Assembly: GCA_023135995.1 (NCBI GenBank)
Contig: JAGLRY010000028.1
Location: forward strand, 1 to 34,624
DNA length: 34,624 nt
From: Candidatus Aminicenantes bacterium
GTDB lineage: Bacteria > Acidobacteriota > Aminicenantia > Aminicenantales > Aminicenantaceae
Direction: 5' to 3'
In this document: piece after piece, positions 17,511-25,267 of the stretch
How the letters are laid out: each line of letters opens with the position of its first letter
Numbering within the stretch: the first letter of the stretch is position 1
Made by a program: the position numbers and the translations under genes
Notes under the pieces: generated by a model
The model's database searches: none
The model's input: the letters and a program-made list of their open reading frames with translations, nothing else
Told to the model about the DNA's origin: nothing

Positions 17511-18299
17511 ATGGAATGGGAAGAGCCCTTAAAAGTGGCAGAGGAAGCCAGCCGGATGGCGGGGGAAATGCTCCACCGACATATCGATTCCTCAAGAGAA
17601 ATCGTCTACAAAGGGGCTGTCGATCTTGTGACAAACTTTGATAGACGCTCTCAGGAAGTTATTTTTTCCCATCTCTCTTCTCGCTTTCCAGATCATGATT
17701 TCCTTGCTGAAGAAGACCTCTGTGAACAAAGAGGTTCTGAATTCCGGTGGATCATCGACCCTATCGATGGGACAACGAACTATGCCCACAATTTTCCCAT
17801 TTTCTGTGTGTCCATTGCCCTGGAATGGAAGAGCAACGTCGTATGCGGCGTCATTTATGATCCAATGAGGGGAGAGATGTTTTCAGCCATTTCGGGGAAA
17901 GGATCTGTAATGAACGGGCACAGGATTCAAATCTCCGCTACGGGAGACCTGGATAAAAGTCTTCTGGCCACAGGTTTTCCCTATGATGTCCGGGAGAGCG
18001 AAGTGAACAACATCGATCATTTTGTGAATTTTGCCACGCGCGCCCAGGCCATTCGCCGCTGCGGGTCCGCGGCTCTCGACCTCTGTTATGTGGCCTGTGG
18101 GAGGTTTGATGGATTTTGGGAATTGAAACTGAGCCTGTGGGATGTTGCCGCGGGGGTCCTGATAGTCGAGGAGTCGGGAGGGCGTGTGTCTGATTTCCAG
18201 GGGGAAACAGCAAGTATTTATGGAAAAGACCTCTTGGCTTCGAACGGCCTGATCCACGAACAAATGATCCAGATTCTCAAGCTAGGCAAACAGTTATGA
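17511..18299 (+). CDS. suhB: Inositol monophosphatase family protein (SuhB-like)
   Basis: Has IMPase motifs FLAEE, WIIDPIDGTTNY and WDVAAG. ATG 17511 is preceded by GAGGG. The track ORF starts at GTG 17502. Confidence 0.88.
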   Translation: MEWEEPLKVAEEASRMAGEMLHRHIDSSREIVYKGAVDLVTNFDRRSQEVIFSHLSSRFPDHDFLAEEDLCEQRGSEFRWIIDPIDGTTNYAHNFPIFCVSIALEWKSNVVCGVIYDPMRGEMFSAISGKGSVMNGHRIQISATGDLDKSLLATGFPYDVRESEVNNIDHFVNFATRAQAIRRCGSAALDLCYVACGRFDGFWELKLSLWDVAAGVLIVEESGGRVSDFQGETASIYGKDLLASNGLIHEQMIQILKLGKQL

Positions 18300-18883
18300 G
18301 GCAGTATAAACACGATTATTTCCACAATCTGCGAAAAACGCACTGGGCAAAGTTTTGGATCTTTCTTGTGGCTGTGCTGGCATTTGTGCCGCTAACCCTG
18401 AGTCTGCAGAAGCAAGAACCCGAGGGGCTTAAATTTGTTGCCGGAAGGGTGTACCGTCTCATTGCTCAGAGCAATGTGCAGTGGACTGATACAGGCTATG
18501 ATGTGGAGGGGGAACAGACGTTCTCTTTCTCTGCATCTGGCGGAATTTCCCTCCAGGTCGGCAATCCAATGGCATACTGCGGTCCGGATGGATACGACCT
18601 GAAAACTATCCAGCAACCCATTCAGGACATGAATATAGGTGCCTTGATCGGTAAAGTGGTTCTCCTCATTTCTATCGAAGTCGACGAAGAGACGGGGGAA
18701 GAGACCCGGAACGAGATAGTAGAGATCTTTTATATCGGATCTAATCGGATCGTCTCCATGCCCATCAGTGGACGGCTGTTCTTAGGGATCAATGAAAATG
18801 TCGCCGGTGATAATTCAGGCCGATTCACGGTCGATATCCGATTGATCGATCGGGATGTGCAAAATATCAGAAGTCAAACGTGA
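18296..18883 (+). CDS. Membrane-anchored protein with PA-IL/LecA-like lectin-fold domain (tentative)
   Basis: Has an N-terminal TM helix (FWIFLVAVLAFVPLTLSL). The C-terminal segments NIGALIGKV and RLFLGINENVAGDNSGRFTVDI resemble LecA (FCGALVMKIG / [23 protein letters not shown]). Its start overlaps the suhB stop as ATGA. Confidence 0.45.
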   Translation: MRQYKHDYFHNLRKTHWAKFWIFLVAVLAFVPLTLSLQKQEPEGLKFVAGRVYRLIAQSNVQWTDTGYDVEGEQTFSFSASGGISLQVGNPMAYCGPDGYDLKTIQQPIQDMNIGALIGKVVLLISIEVDEETGEETRNEIVEIFYIGSNRIVSMPISGRLFLGINENVAGDNSGRFTVDIRLIDRDVQNIRSQT

Positions 18884-18926
18884 AAAGTAAAAAACTTCAA
18901 AATAGAGAAACAAGGCGTTCTGATTG

Positions 18927-20285
18927 TTATTTTTTACTTCTCGCGGTTTTGTTGGTGAGAAAGTTCTCCAGGAATTGGATCGAATAGTTCCCCTTCTTGA
19001 AGTCTGAATTGGATAGGATGTTGAGATGCAGAGGGATGTTTGTTTTGATGCCCACAATGGTGGTCATCTCCAGAGCGGTTTGCATCTTTCGGATCGCTTC
19101 TCTCCGGGTTGGCGCTTTGGCGACAACTTTTGCGAGTAGAGAGTCGTAGTCGGGAGGGATGACCCATCCTTGGTATGCGGCGGAATCCACACGAATTCCC
19201 TGTCCTCCTGGAAGAACGAGAAATTCGATCTTTCCTGCTGAAGGAATAAACGTATCCGGGTCTTCCGCGTTGATGCGGCATTCAATGCTGTGGCCAGACA
19301 TTTGAAGGTCATGGGGAAAAGAGAGCTTCTCACCGGCGGCGATCTTGATCTGTTCCTTGATCAGGTCCACACCGTAAACCATTTCAGTGATGGGATGTTC
19401 CACTTGCACGCGCGTGTTCGCTTCCATGAAATAGAATCTCTTTTCGTTGTCCACGAGGAATTCGAACGTGCCCAAACTCTGATAACCGATGGAAACAGCC
19501 GCGTCTTGGGCGGCCTTGATTATTCTTTTTCGAAGTTTCTCATCAACGAAAGGAGAGGGAGTCTCCTCCAACACTTTTTGGTGTTTCCTCTGGACAGAGC
19601 ATTCTCTCTCGCCCAGTGCGATTACGTGGCCTTTAGTATCCCCGACAACTTGGATCTCGATATGGCGGGCATTTGCGATGTACTTTTCCATGTAGAGAGA
19701 GGAATCTCCGAAGGAGGCCTTTGCTTCATATTGGGCGATGGACAACTGCTCGTCCATATGATTGGGTGAACGGACGATGCGCATTCCCCTGCCCCCGCCA
19801 CCCGAGACTGCCTTGAGGATCACTGGATAACCGATCTTCTTTGCGATGGATTTTGCCTCTGACAGTTCGACAATGACATCATTGCTCCCGGGAATGACTG
19901 GCAGCTTTGCTTTCTTCATTTCGAGACGGGCTGCGTTCTTGTCCCCCATCAGACTGATGAGAGGGGCCGGGGGGCCGATGAACGTGATGTCTTCAGAGTC
20001 GCAAATTTCAGGAAACCTGGGATTTTCGGCAAGAAAACCATAGCCGGGATGGATGGCATCTGCCTTGGTGATCTGGGCGGCGCTGATGATGTTGGGAATG
20101 TTGAGATAACTCTCAGACGCTTTTGCCGGCCCTATGCAGACGGATTCGTGGGCGAGCATTGTGTGGAGCGAGTTCTTGTCGACGACGGAATAGACCGCTA
20201 CCGTCTTGAGCCCCATCTCTCTTGCCGTACGGATGATTCTGAGTGCAATTTCCCCTCTGTTAGCGACCAGGATTTTGGATATCAT
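18927..20285 (-). CDS. accC: Acetyl-CoA carboxylase biotin carboxylase subunit
   Basis: The 452-aa ORF starts KILVANRGEIALRIIRT, has ATP-grasp motifs and is full-length AccC-like. Confidence 0.93.
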   Translation of the reverse strand: MISKILVANRGEIALRIIRTAREMGLKTVAVYSVVDKNSLHTMLAHESVCIGPAKASESYLNIPNIISAAQITKADAIHPGYGFLAENPRFPEICDSEDITFIGPPAPLISLMGDKNAARLEMKKAKLPVIPGSNDVIVELSEAKSIAKKIGYPVILKAVSGGGGRGMRIVRSPNHMDEQLSIAQYEAKASFGDSSLYMEKYIANARHIEIQVVGDTKGHVIALGERECSVQRKHQKVLEETPSPFVDEKLRKRIIKAAQDAAVSIGYQSLGTFEFLVDNEKRFYFMEANTRVQVEHPITEMVYGVDLIKEQIKIAAGEKLSFPHDLQMSGHSIECRINAEDPDTFIPSAGKIEFLVLPGGQGIRVDSAAYQGWVIPPDYDSLLAKVVAKAPTRREAIRKMQTALEMTTIVGIKTNIPLHLNILSNSDFKKGNYSIQFLENFLTNKTARSKK

Positions 20286-20291
20286 GGGCGG

Positions 20292-20759
20292 TCAGCTCTG
20301 CGGCTTGATGGCAAAAAGCTTCTGGCCGTACTCGACGGGCTTGCCGTTCTTAATGAAAATCTCTTCAAGGGTCCCTTCAACCTCGGCTTCGATCTCGTTC
20401 ATCAGCTTCATGGCTTCAATGATACAGAGGGTCTGGTTTTTTGTGACACTGTCTCCCTTTTCGACGAAGGGAGGAGATGAGGGATCCGATGAACGGTAGA
20501 ATGTTCCAACCATCGGGGAGGTAATGAAATGCAGGCCCTCTTGATCTTCAGCCGAATCTGTTTGGGTTGGAACCTCATTGGTGGCTGCACTTCCTACGGG
20601 AGGAGCGATAGGGGTCATTTCTTGAGAGTTCGTTTTCTGTGAGGCCCGGCTGATCTTGATTTTTAAGTCTTCGATCTCTAACTCGAATTCTGAGAGATTC
20701 CTCTCTTCCAACAGATCTATAATTTTGGTGATCTCTTTGTAATCAATTTTTGCCTTCAT
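20292..20759 (-). CDS. accB: Biotin carboxyl carrier protein
   Basis: The 155-aa ORF has a Pro/Ala-rich linker and the biotinylation motif IEAMKLMNEI. It lies directly upstream of accC. Confidence 0.92.
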   Translation of the reverse strand: MKAKIDYKEITKIIDLLEERNLSEFELEIEDLKIKISRASQKTNSQEMTPIAPPVGSAATNEVPTQTDSAEDQEGLHFITSPMVGTFYRSSDPSSPPFVEKGDSVTKNQTLCIIEAMKLMNEIEAEVEGTLEEIFIKNGKPVEYGQKLFAIKPQS

Positions 20760-20817
20760 TGTTTACCTTTTTGTGGAGGGCCATCCTTTTGGGTAAATTT
20801 TTCAAAAATTAGGTATA

Positions 20818-20846
20818 CATTAATCGCAATACCCAATTTTGTCAAC
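20818..20846 (-). promoter_or_regulatory. Sigma-70-like promoter candidate for accBC (TTGACA-17-TAATGT)
   Basis: On the minus strand, TTGACA lies at 20846-20841 and TAATGT at 20823-20818, with a 17-nt spacer, about 60 nt upstream of the accB ATG. Confidence 0.4.
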
Positions 20847-20935
20847 CCTCCTGGTCGTGAAATAAGCAGTTCTGGACCCATCATCGCATGAACGCTTAAA
20901 CGCGGGGTTCTGTGATCGGATTATGTGAAGGCGTG

Positions 20936-20964
20936 TTGACTGAGGCGGGGATTTGGCCTAGCAT
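20936..20964 (+). promoter_or_regulatory. Sigma-70-like promoter candidate for ffh (TTGACT-17-TAGCAT)
   Basis: TTGACT lies at 20936-20941 and TAGCAT at 20959-20964, with a 17-nt spacer, about 30 nt upstream of ATG 20997. Confidence 0.35.
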
Positions 20965-20996
20965 AGGTGATATACAACTCAAGAGATGGTGAGACG

Positions 20997-22328
20997 ATGC
21001 TAGATCAGTTATCGAGTAGGCTCCAGAAGGTTGCTAAATTCCTTCGCGGTGAAGTCAAAGTCACAGAAAAGAACATGGCTGAGGCGTTGAAGATGATACG
21101 CATGGCCTTCCTAGAAGCCGATGTCAATTATCGTGTGGTTAAGGATTTCGAGTCAAAAATCAAAGAGAAAGCACTGGATGAAAAAGTTCTCGAAAGTCTC
21201 ACGCCCTCGCAGCATGTCATAAAAATCGTCAGGGATGAGATTATGGCCATGTTGGGGCAAGAGACAAAAAAATTGACATTCTCCAGCCCTCCGCCTTCAA
21301 TTTTCATGCTCGTGGGGCTTCAAGGCTCGGGCAAGACGACCACATGTGGAAAATTGGCCAAATGGTTAAAGAACTTGGGTAAGAATCCTATGCTTGTTTC
21401 TTTCGACTTGAAGAGGCCTGCGGCGCAAGAACAGTTGAACATCATCACGCAAACGCTCAATTTGTCTTTCTATGAGCTGTTTGAGGACCAGATGGCCGAC
21501 CCAAAAAAAACACTCAAGAAGATCCTCACAGAGACAAAGAATAGAGGGCATGACACGCTCATCGTCGACACGGCCGGAAGACTCCATGTGGATGAGGAGT
21601 TGATGGACGAGCTCAGGATGGTGAAGGATATCCTTAAGCCCACCGAAGTCATCTATATCGGAGACTCGATGACAGGTCAAGATGCTGTGAAAAGCGCCCA
21701 GCAATTCGAGGAGAAAATAGGCCTGACCTCGATCATTCTCACAAAGCTTGACGGCGATGCCCGGGGGGGGGCTGCACTATCCATTGTCTCTGTCACGGGC
21801 AAGCCCATTAAGTTCATTGGCGTCGGAGAAAAGCTTGATAAGCTTGAAGTCTTTCACCCTGACAGGATGGCTTCCCGAATTATGGGTATGGGGGACGTTC
21901 TGAGCCTGCTAGAGAAAGCGGAGCAGGAGACGGACCTTAAAGAAGCCGAGGAGCTTGCCAAAAAACTGAGGTCTCAAGAGTTCTCCCTGGAGGACTTCCG
22001 GAAACAGCTGGGACAGCTGAAAAAAATGGGATCCATGTCTCAGTTTTTGAACATGTTGCCCACCGGTGGTGTATTCAAGCAGATGTCGAAGATGAATGTC
22101 GATGATACGCGGATCCTTTACTTCGAGGCGATCATAAATTCCATGACAGCGAAAGAGAGAGAAAATCCGAAAATCATCAATGGAAGCCGGCGCAAACGGA
22201 TCGCAAGAGGATGCGGCAGACCTGTGTCTGAAGTGAATCAACTGTTGAAACAATTTTTTGAGATGAAAAAGATGATGAAAAAGTCCCAGTTCAAGAAAAT
22301 GCTTTCCTCCATGTCGATGGGGCACTAG
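20997..22328 (+). CDS. ffh: Signal recognition particle protein Ffh
   Basis: Has an N domain, a G domain (GLQGSGKTTTCGKLA, DTAGR, TKLDGDARGG) and a Met-rich M domain. ATG 20997 gives the canonical MLDQLSSRLQ N-terminus. The track ORF starts at GTG 20967. Confidence 0.93.
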   Translation: MLDQLSSRLQKVAKFLRGEVKVTEKNMAEALKMIRMAFLEADVNYRVVKDFESKIKEKALDEKVLESLTPSQHVIKIVRDEIMAMLGQETKKLTFSSPPPSIFMLVGLQGSGKTTTCGKLAKWLKNLGKNPMLVSFDLKRPAAQEQLNIITQTLNLSFYELFEDQMADPKKTLKKILTETKNRGHDTLIVDTAGRLHVDEELMDELRMVKDILKPTEVIYIGDSMTGQDAVKSAQQFEEKIGLTSIILTKLDGDARGGAALSIVSVTGKPIKFIGVGEKLDKLEVFHPDRMASRIMGMGDVLSLLEKAEQETDLKEAEELAKKLRSQEFSLEDFRKQLGQLKKMGSMSQFLNMLPTGGVFKQMSKMNVDDTRILYFEAIINSMTAKERENPKIINGSRRKRIARGCGRPVSEVNQLLKQFFEMKKMMKKSQFKKMLSSMSMGH

Positions 22329-22460
22329 CCAATTTCCCTTTTCTCTACTTTAAAGAGCATATGTAAGCCATTTGGTGCGGGAATGAGTTAATTTCTTTAT
22401 ATTGAGGAAGTTATGGCCAGGCATGTCACACATTCTTAACGGTTGGCCATTTGAAATGAG

Positions 22461-22489
22461 TTGACTTATCCACAAAAATCAGATATCAT
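22461..22489 (+). promoter_or_regulatory. Sigma-70-like promoter candidate for the rpsP operon (TTGACT-17-TATCAT)
   Basis: TTGACT lies at 22461-22466 and TATCAT at 22484-22489, with a 17-nt spacer, about 36 nt upstream of the rpsP ATG. Confidence 0.45.
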
Positions 22490-22525
22490 TTTTCTTTTAT
22501 TTTAATAAGGACTGGTTTACACAAA

Positions 22526-22780
22526 ATGATGTCAATAAGATTGATGAGACTGGGCGCAAAGAAACGGCCGTTCTACAGGATTATCGTGACCGATTCGAGA
22601 AAACCCAGAGAAAGCAAAGCTAAGGCTATCTTAGGTTATTACGATCCTCTCAAAGAGCCACCGGATATCAAGGTTGATATGGAAAAAGCAAACTACTGGC
22701 TAGAAAGAGGTGCACAAGCTTCCAAAACAGTTCAATCTCTTTTGAATAAAGTTTTGGAGAAAGAGAAACTTTCCAATTAA
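22526..22780 (+). CDS. rpsP: 30S ribosomal protein S16
   Basis: IRLMRLGAKKRPFYRIIVTDSR is the canonical S16 N-terminus. Confidence 0.93.
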   Translation: MMSIRLMRLGAKKRPFYRIIVTDSRKPRESKAKAILGYYDPLKEPPDIKVDMEKANYWLERGAQASKTVQSLLNKVLEKEKLSN

Positions 22781-22801
22781 CAAAACATTAAGGAGGTTAC
22801 A

Positions 22802-23038
22802 GTGAAAGAACTCGTTGAGATGATTGCCAAAGCATTAGTTGACAATCCGGACAAAGTACAGGTCTCCCAGTTGGAGGGGGAACAGACATCGATCTTGGAA
22901 CTCAAAGTTGCTCAAGAAGATTTAGGTAAAGTGATCGGCAAACAGGGAAGAACTGCACGCGCCATCAGAGTGATTCTTGGTGCCGCTGGGATGAAGCTGA
23001 AAAGGAGATTTAATCTCGAGATCATTGAAAAAAACTAA
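22802..23038 (+). CDS. KH-domain RNA-binding protein (YlqC/UPF0109 family)
   Basis: The 78-aa ORF has the [17 protein letters not shown] motif. The GTG start has AAGGAGG 5 nt upstream. It sits in the conserved position between rpsP and rimM. Confidence 0.85.
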   Translation: MKELVEMIAKALVDNPDKVQVSQLEGEQTSILELKVAQEDLGKVIGKQGRTARAIRVILGAAGMKLKRRFNLEIIEKN

Positions 23039-23548
23039 TTTGATTCGTATTGGAAAGCTACTAAGGAGTCAGGGCAAAAAAGGCGAGCTGAGATTTAAGC
23101 TCTATTCTGAAGAGATCAAAACGCCTTTTTTTTTTCAAGGGTATACCTTAACAGACAGGGGGTTCTGGAAGAATTACAGGTTGAATCTTTTCGTCCTTAC
23201 AAGAATTTTTACATCTTAAAATTCAAGGGGATTCACACTATCGCCCAAGCTAGAGAGCTCGTGGGGCAAGAGTGTATGCTTCCGGAGGAAGATCTCTCCC
23301 GTCTAGAAGAAGATAAGTATTATCTTTTTCAGATCGTTGGATCTTCTGTCGTTACCGAGAACGGTGAGAGAGTTGGATCTGTCAAAGATGTGTTGTTCAT
23401 CAAGGATAATGACCTTCTCGTCATCGAAAGGGGAGGAACAGAGATCTTGATTCCCTTCACCGATGCCATCTGTGCCGCCGTCAATCTGGAGGCGCGCGAG
23501 ATTGTTATCAGGCCTCCGGAAGGACTTTTAGACTTAAATGAGATTTGA
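23025..23548 (+). pseudogene. rimM: 16S rRNA processing protein RimM, reading frame broken by a 1-nt frameshift in a T10 tract (23126-23135)
   Basis: The N-terminal part (LIRIGKLLRSQGKKGELRFKLYS..) is in the frame of 23025. The remainder (SRVYLNRQGVLEELQVESFRPYKNFYILKFKGIHTIAQARELVG...YYLFQIVG...) continues without stops in the -1 frame from the T-run through 23548. Joined, they give a ~174-aa typical RimM. Confidence 0.85.
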
Positions 23549-24293
23549 TATAATTACCATCTTTCCCTGCATGTTTGACAGCATGTTATCCGCTGGAGTA
23601 TTGGGGAAAGCCTTAGAGAAAGGTTTGATCGAAGTCAAAGTGCATGATTTAAGAGACTTCACTTCGGACAGGCACAGACAAGTGGATGACCGCCCGTTCG
23701 GAGGCAAACCAGGGATGGTTTTGAAGCCCGAGCCGATTTTTGCGGCCGTAGAAAAGGTCAGGATTGACTTGAATGCTTCGGTTTGTCTGCTTTCACCTCA
23801 AGGCAGAAAATTTGATTTTCGAGTTGCGGAGGAATTGGCGAGGCTCTCACAGATCATTCTTATCTGTGGTCGTTATGAAGGAGTCGATGAAAGAGTGAAC
23901 GAACATCTGGCAACAGACGAAATTTCCATCGGCGACTATGTGTTGACAGGAGGAGAGCCTGCAGCCCTTGTGATCATCGATGCTATCTCTCGCCTATTAC
24001 CCGATGTCGTTGGAAAGATGGAGTCTGTCAAGCAGGATTCTTTTTTTGAAGGCCTCTTCGACTATCCCCAGTTTACCAGGCCTCGTGATTTTAGGGGAAT
24101 GAGAGTTCCGGAAGTTCTTTTTTCGGGAGATCACAAAAATATAGCCCAGTGGCGAAGGAAAAAATCCCTCGAGAAAACAGCCAAGTTTCGGATGGATCTG
24201 CTCAAGGAAGAGGGAAAGTTGTCTCCTGAGGATTTACGGATACTGGATGAAATACAAAGAGAAAAGGAAGGAAAAAAAGATGAACCTGATTGA
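23538..24293 (+). CDS. trmD: tRNA (guanine37-N1)-methyltransferase TrmD
   Basis: Starts [15 protein letters not shown]. Has [10 protein letters not shown] and [11 protein letters not shown] motifs. Confidence 0.93.
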   Translation: MRFDIITIFPCMFDSMLSAGVLGKALEKGLIEVKVHDLRDFTSDRHRQVDDRPFGGKPGMVLKPEPIFAAVEKVRIDLNASVCLLSPQGRKFDFRVAEELARLSQIILICGRYEGVDERVNEHLATDEISIGDYVLTGGEPAALVIIDAISRLLPDVVGKMESVKQDSFFEGLFDYPQFTRPRDFRGMRVPEVLFSGDHKNIAQWRRKKSLEKTAKFRMDLLKEEGKLSPEDLRILDEIQREKEGKKDEPD

Positions 24294-24621
24294 TTTGGTT
24301 GAGCAAAAACAAATAAAAGAGGACGTGGGTTCTTTCAACGTCGGAGATGCTGTTAAAGTCCATGTTGTTATCCGAGAGGGCGGAAAAGAAAGGATTCAAG
24401 TTTTTCGTGGCGATGTCATCAGCAAAAAGGGATCGGGTCCGAGTGCCACGTTCACTGTGCGAAAAATATCCTTTGGAATAGGTGTAGAGAGAATATTTCC
24501 ACTCCATTCCAAAATGATCAAAAACATCGAAACTGTCCGAAAGGGAAAGGTCAGAAGAGCTAAATTGTACTATCTTCGGAAGTTAAGAGGCAAAGCGGCA
24601 AGAATAAAGGAAGCACGATAA
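24280..24621 (+). CDS. rplS: 50S ribosomal protein L19
   Basis: Canonical L19 features: MNLIDLVEQ.., [25 protein letters not shown] and [12 protein letters not shown] 24280 is preceded by AAGGAAGGA. The track ORF start at 24247 is an extension inside trmD. Confidence 0.92.
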   Translation: MNLIDLVEQKQIKEDVGSFNVGDAVKVHVVIREGGKERIQVFRGDVISKKGSGPSATFTVRKISFGIGVERIFPLHSKMIKNIETVRKGKVRRAKLYYLRKLRGKAARIKEAR

Positions 24622-24646
24622 GGGCAGTTGTTCTTAGGTTGGAGAG

Positions 24647-25267
24647 GTGCCGGATTTCCAGTTCGAAAAGGAAATTGCCAGCCAGGGCTACCGGTCCATT
24701 GCAGGTTTGGATGAAGCAGGCCGGGGCGCACTGTTTGGACCTGTTGTTGCCGCGTCGGTCATATTCCCTGCATCCTGGATAAACGAAAAAAAAAGGGGTT
24801 GGTTGGAAGAAATTGATGATTCCAAGCGTATTTCTCCGACTAAAAGGGAGATACTGGCGAGGTTAATTCTTATCCACTCTGATGCAATTGGTATTGGGAT
24901 GGCTTCCAGTGCTGAGATCGATGAAAAGAATATTCATTGGGCTTCTTTTGAGGCGATGAAGAGAGCCTTCATGAGCATGCCGATAGTCCCGGATTTTCTT
25001 TTAGTTGACGGATTTAGGCTTAATGATGTAAATTATCCCCAGATGGATTTACCCAAAGGAGATCAAAAAAGCATTTCCATTGCGGCCGCATCGATTATTG
25101 CTAAAGTTACCAGAGACAGGATAATGAAACGACTCGACCTCGTTTTTCAGGGTTATGCACTTTCTAAGAATAAAGGGTATGGAACTAGGGAGCATTATGA
25201 TGCGCTGCAAAAGCTGGGGCCGACAGCCTTACACAGGCATTCCTATAATCTCGAGGGCAAAAGATGA
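24647..25267 (+). CDS. rnhB: Ribonuclease HII
   Basis: Has IAGLDEAGRGALFGPVV, DSK, and SIAAASIIAKVTRD. The GTG start is uncertain. Confidence 0.9.
   Translation: MPDFQFEKEIASQGYRSIAGLDEAGRGALFGPVVAASVIFPASWINEKKRGWLEEIDDSKRISPTKREILARLILIHSDAIGIGMASSAEIDEKNIHWASFEAMKRAFMSMPIVPDFLLVDGFRLNDVNYPQMDLPKGDQKSISIAAASIIAKVTRDRIMKRLDLVFQGYALSKNKGYGTREHYDALQKLGPTALHRHSYNLEGKR

Noticed and set aside
20760-20996. The 237-bp accB/ffh intergenic region as a possible SRP (4.5S) RNA or other ncRNA, since GGTCGTGAAATAAGCAG vaguely recalls helix 8.
   Set aside because: It has no GNRA-capped helix with the conserved GGAA/AGCA symmetric loop, and the flanks cannot pair. The region is adequately explained by two divergent sigma-70-like promoters.
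21763-21771. A G9 homopolymer in ffh as a second possible frameshift or phase-variation site.
   Set aside because: The reading frame is intact through the tract (..DARGGAALS.., part of the conserved G domain). It is useful only as a control for the rimM T10 frameshift.
22413-22450. ATGGCCA...TGGCCAT inverted repeat after ffh as an intrinsic terminator.
   Set aside because: The stem is 7 bp with a ~24-nt loop and no U-tract. It does not meet the usual intrinsic-terminator criteria.
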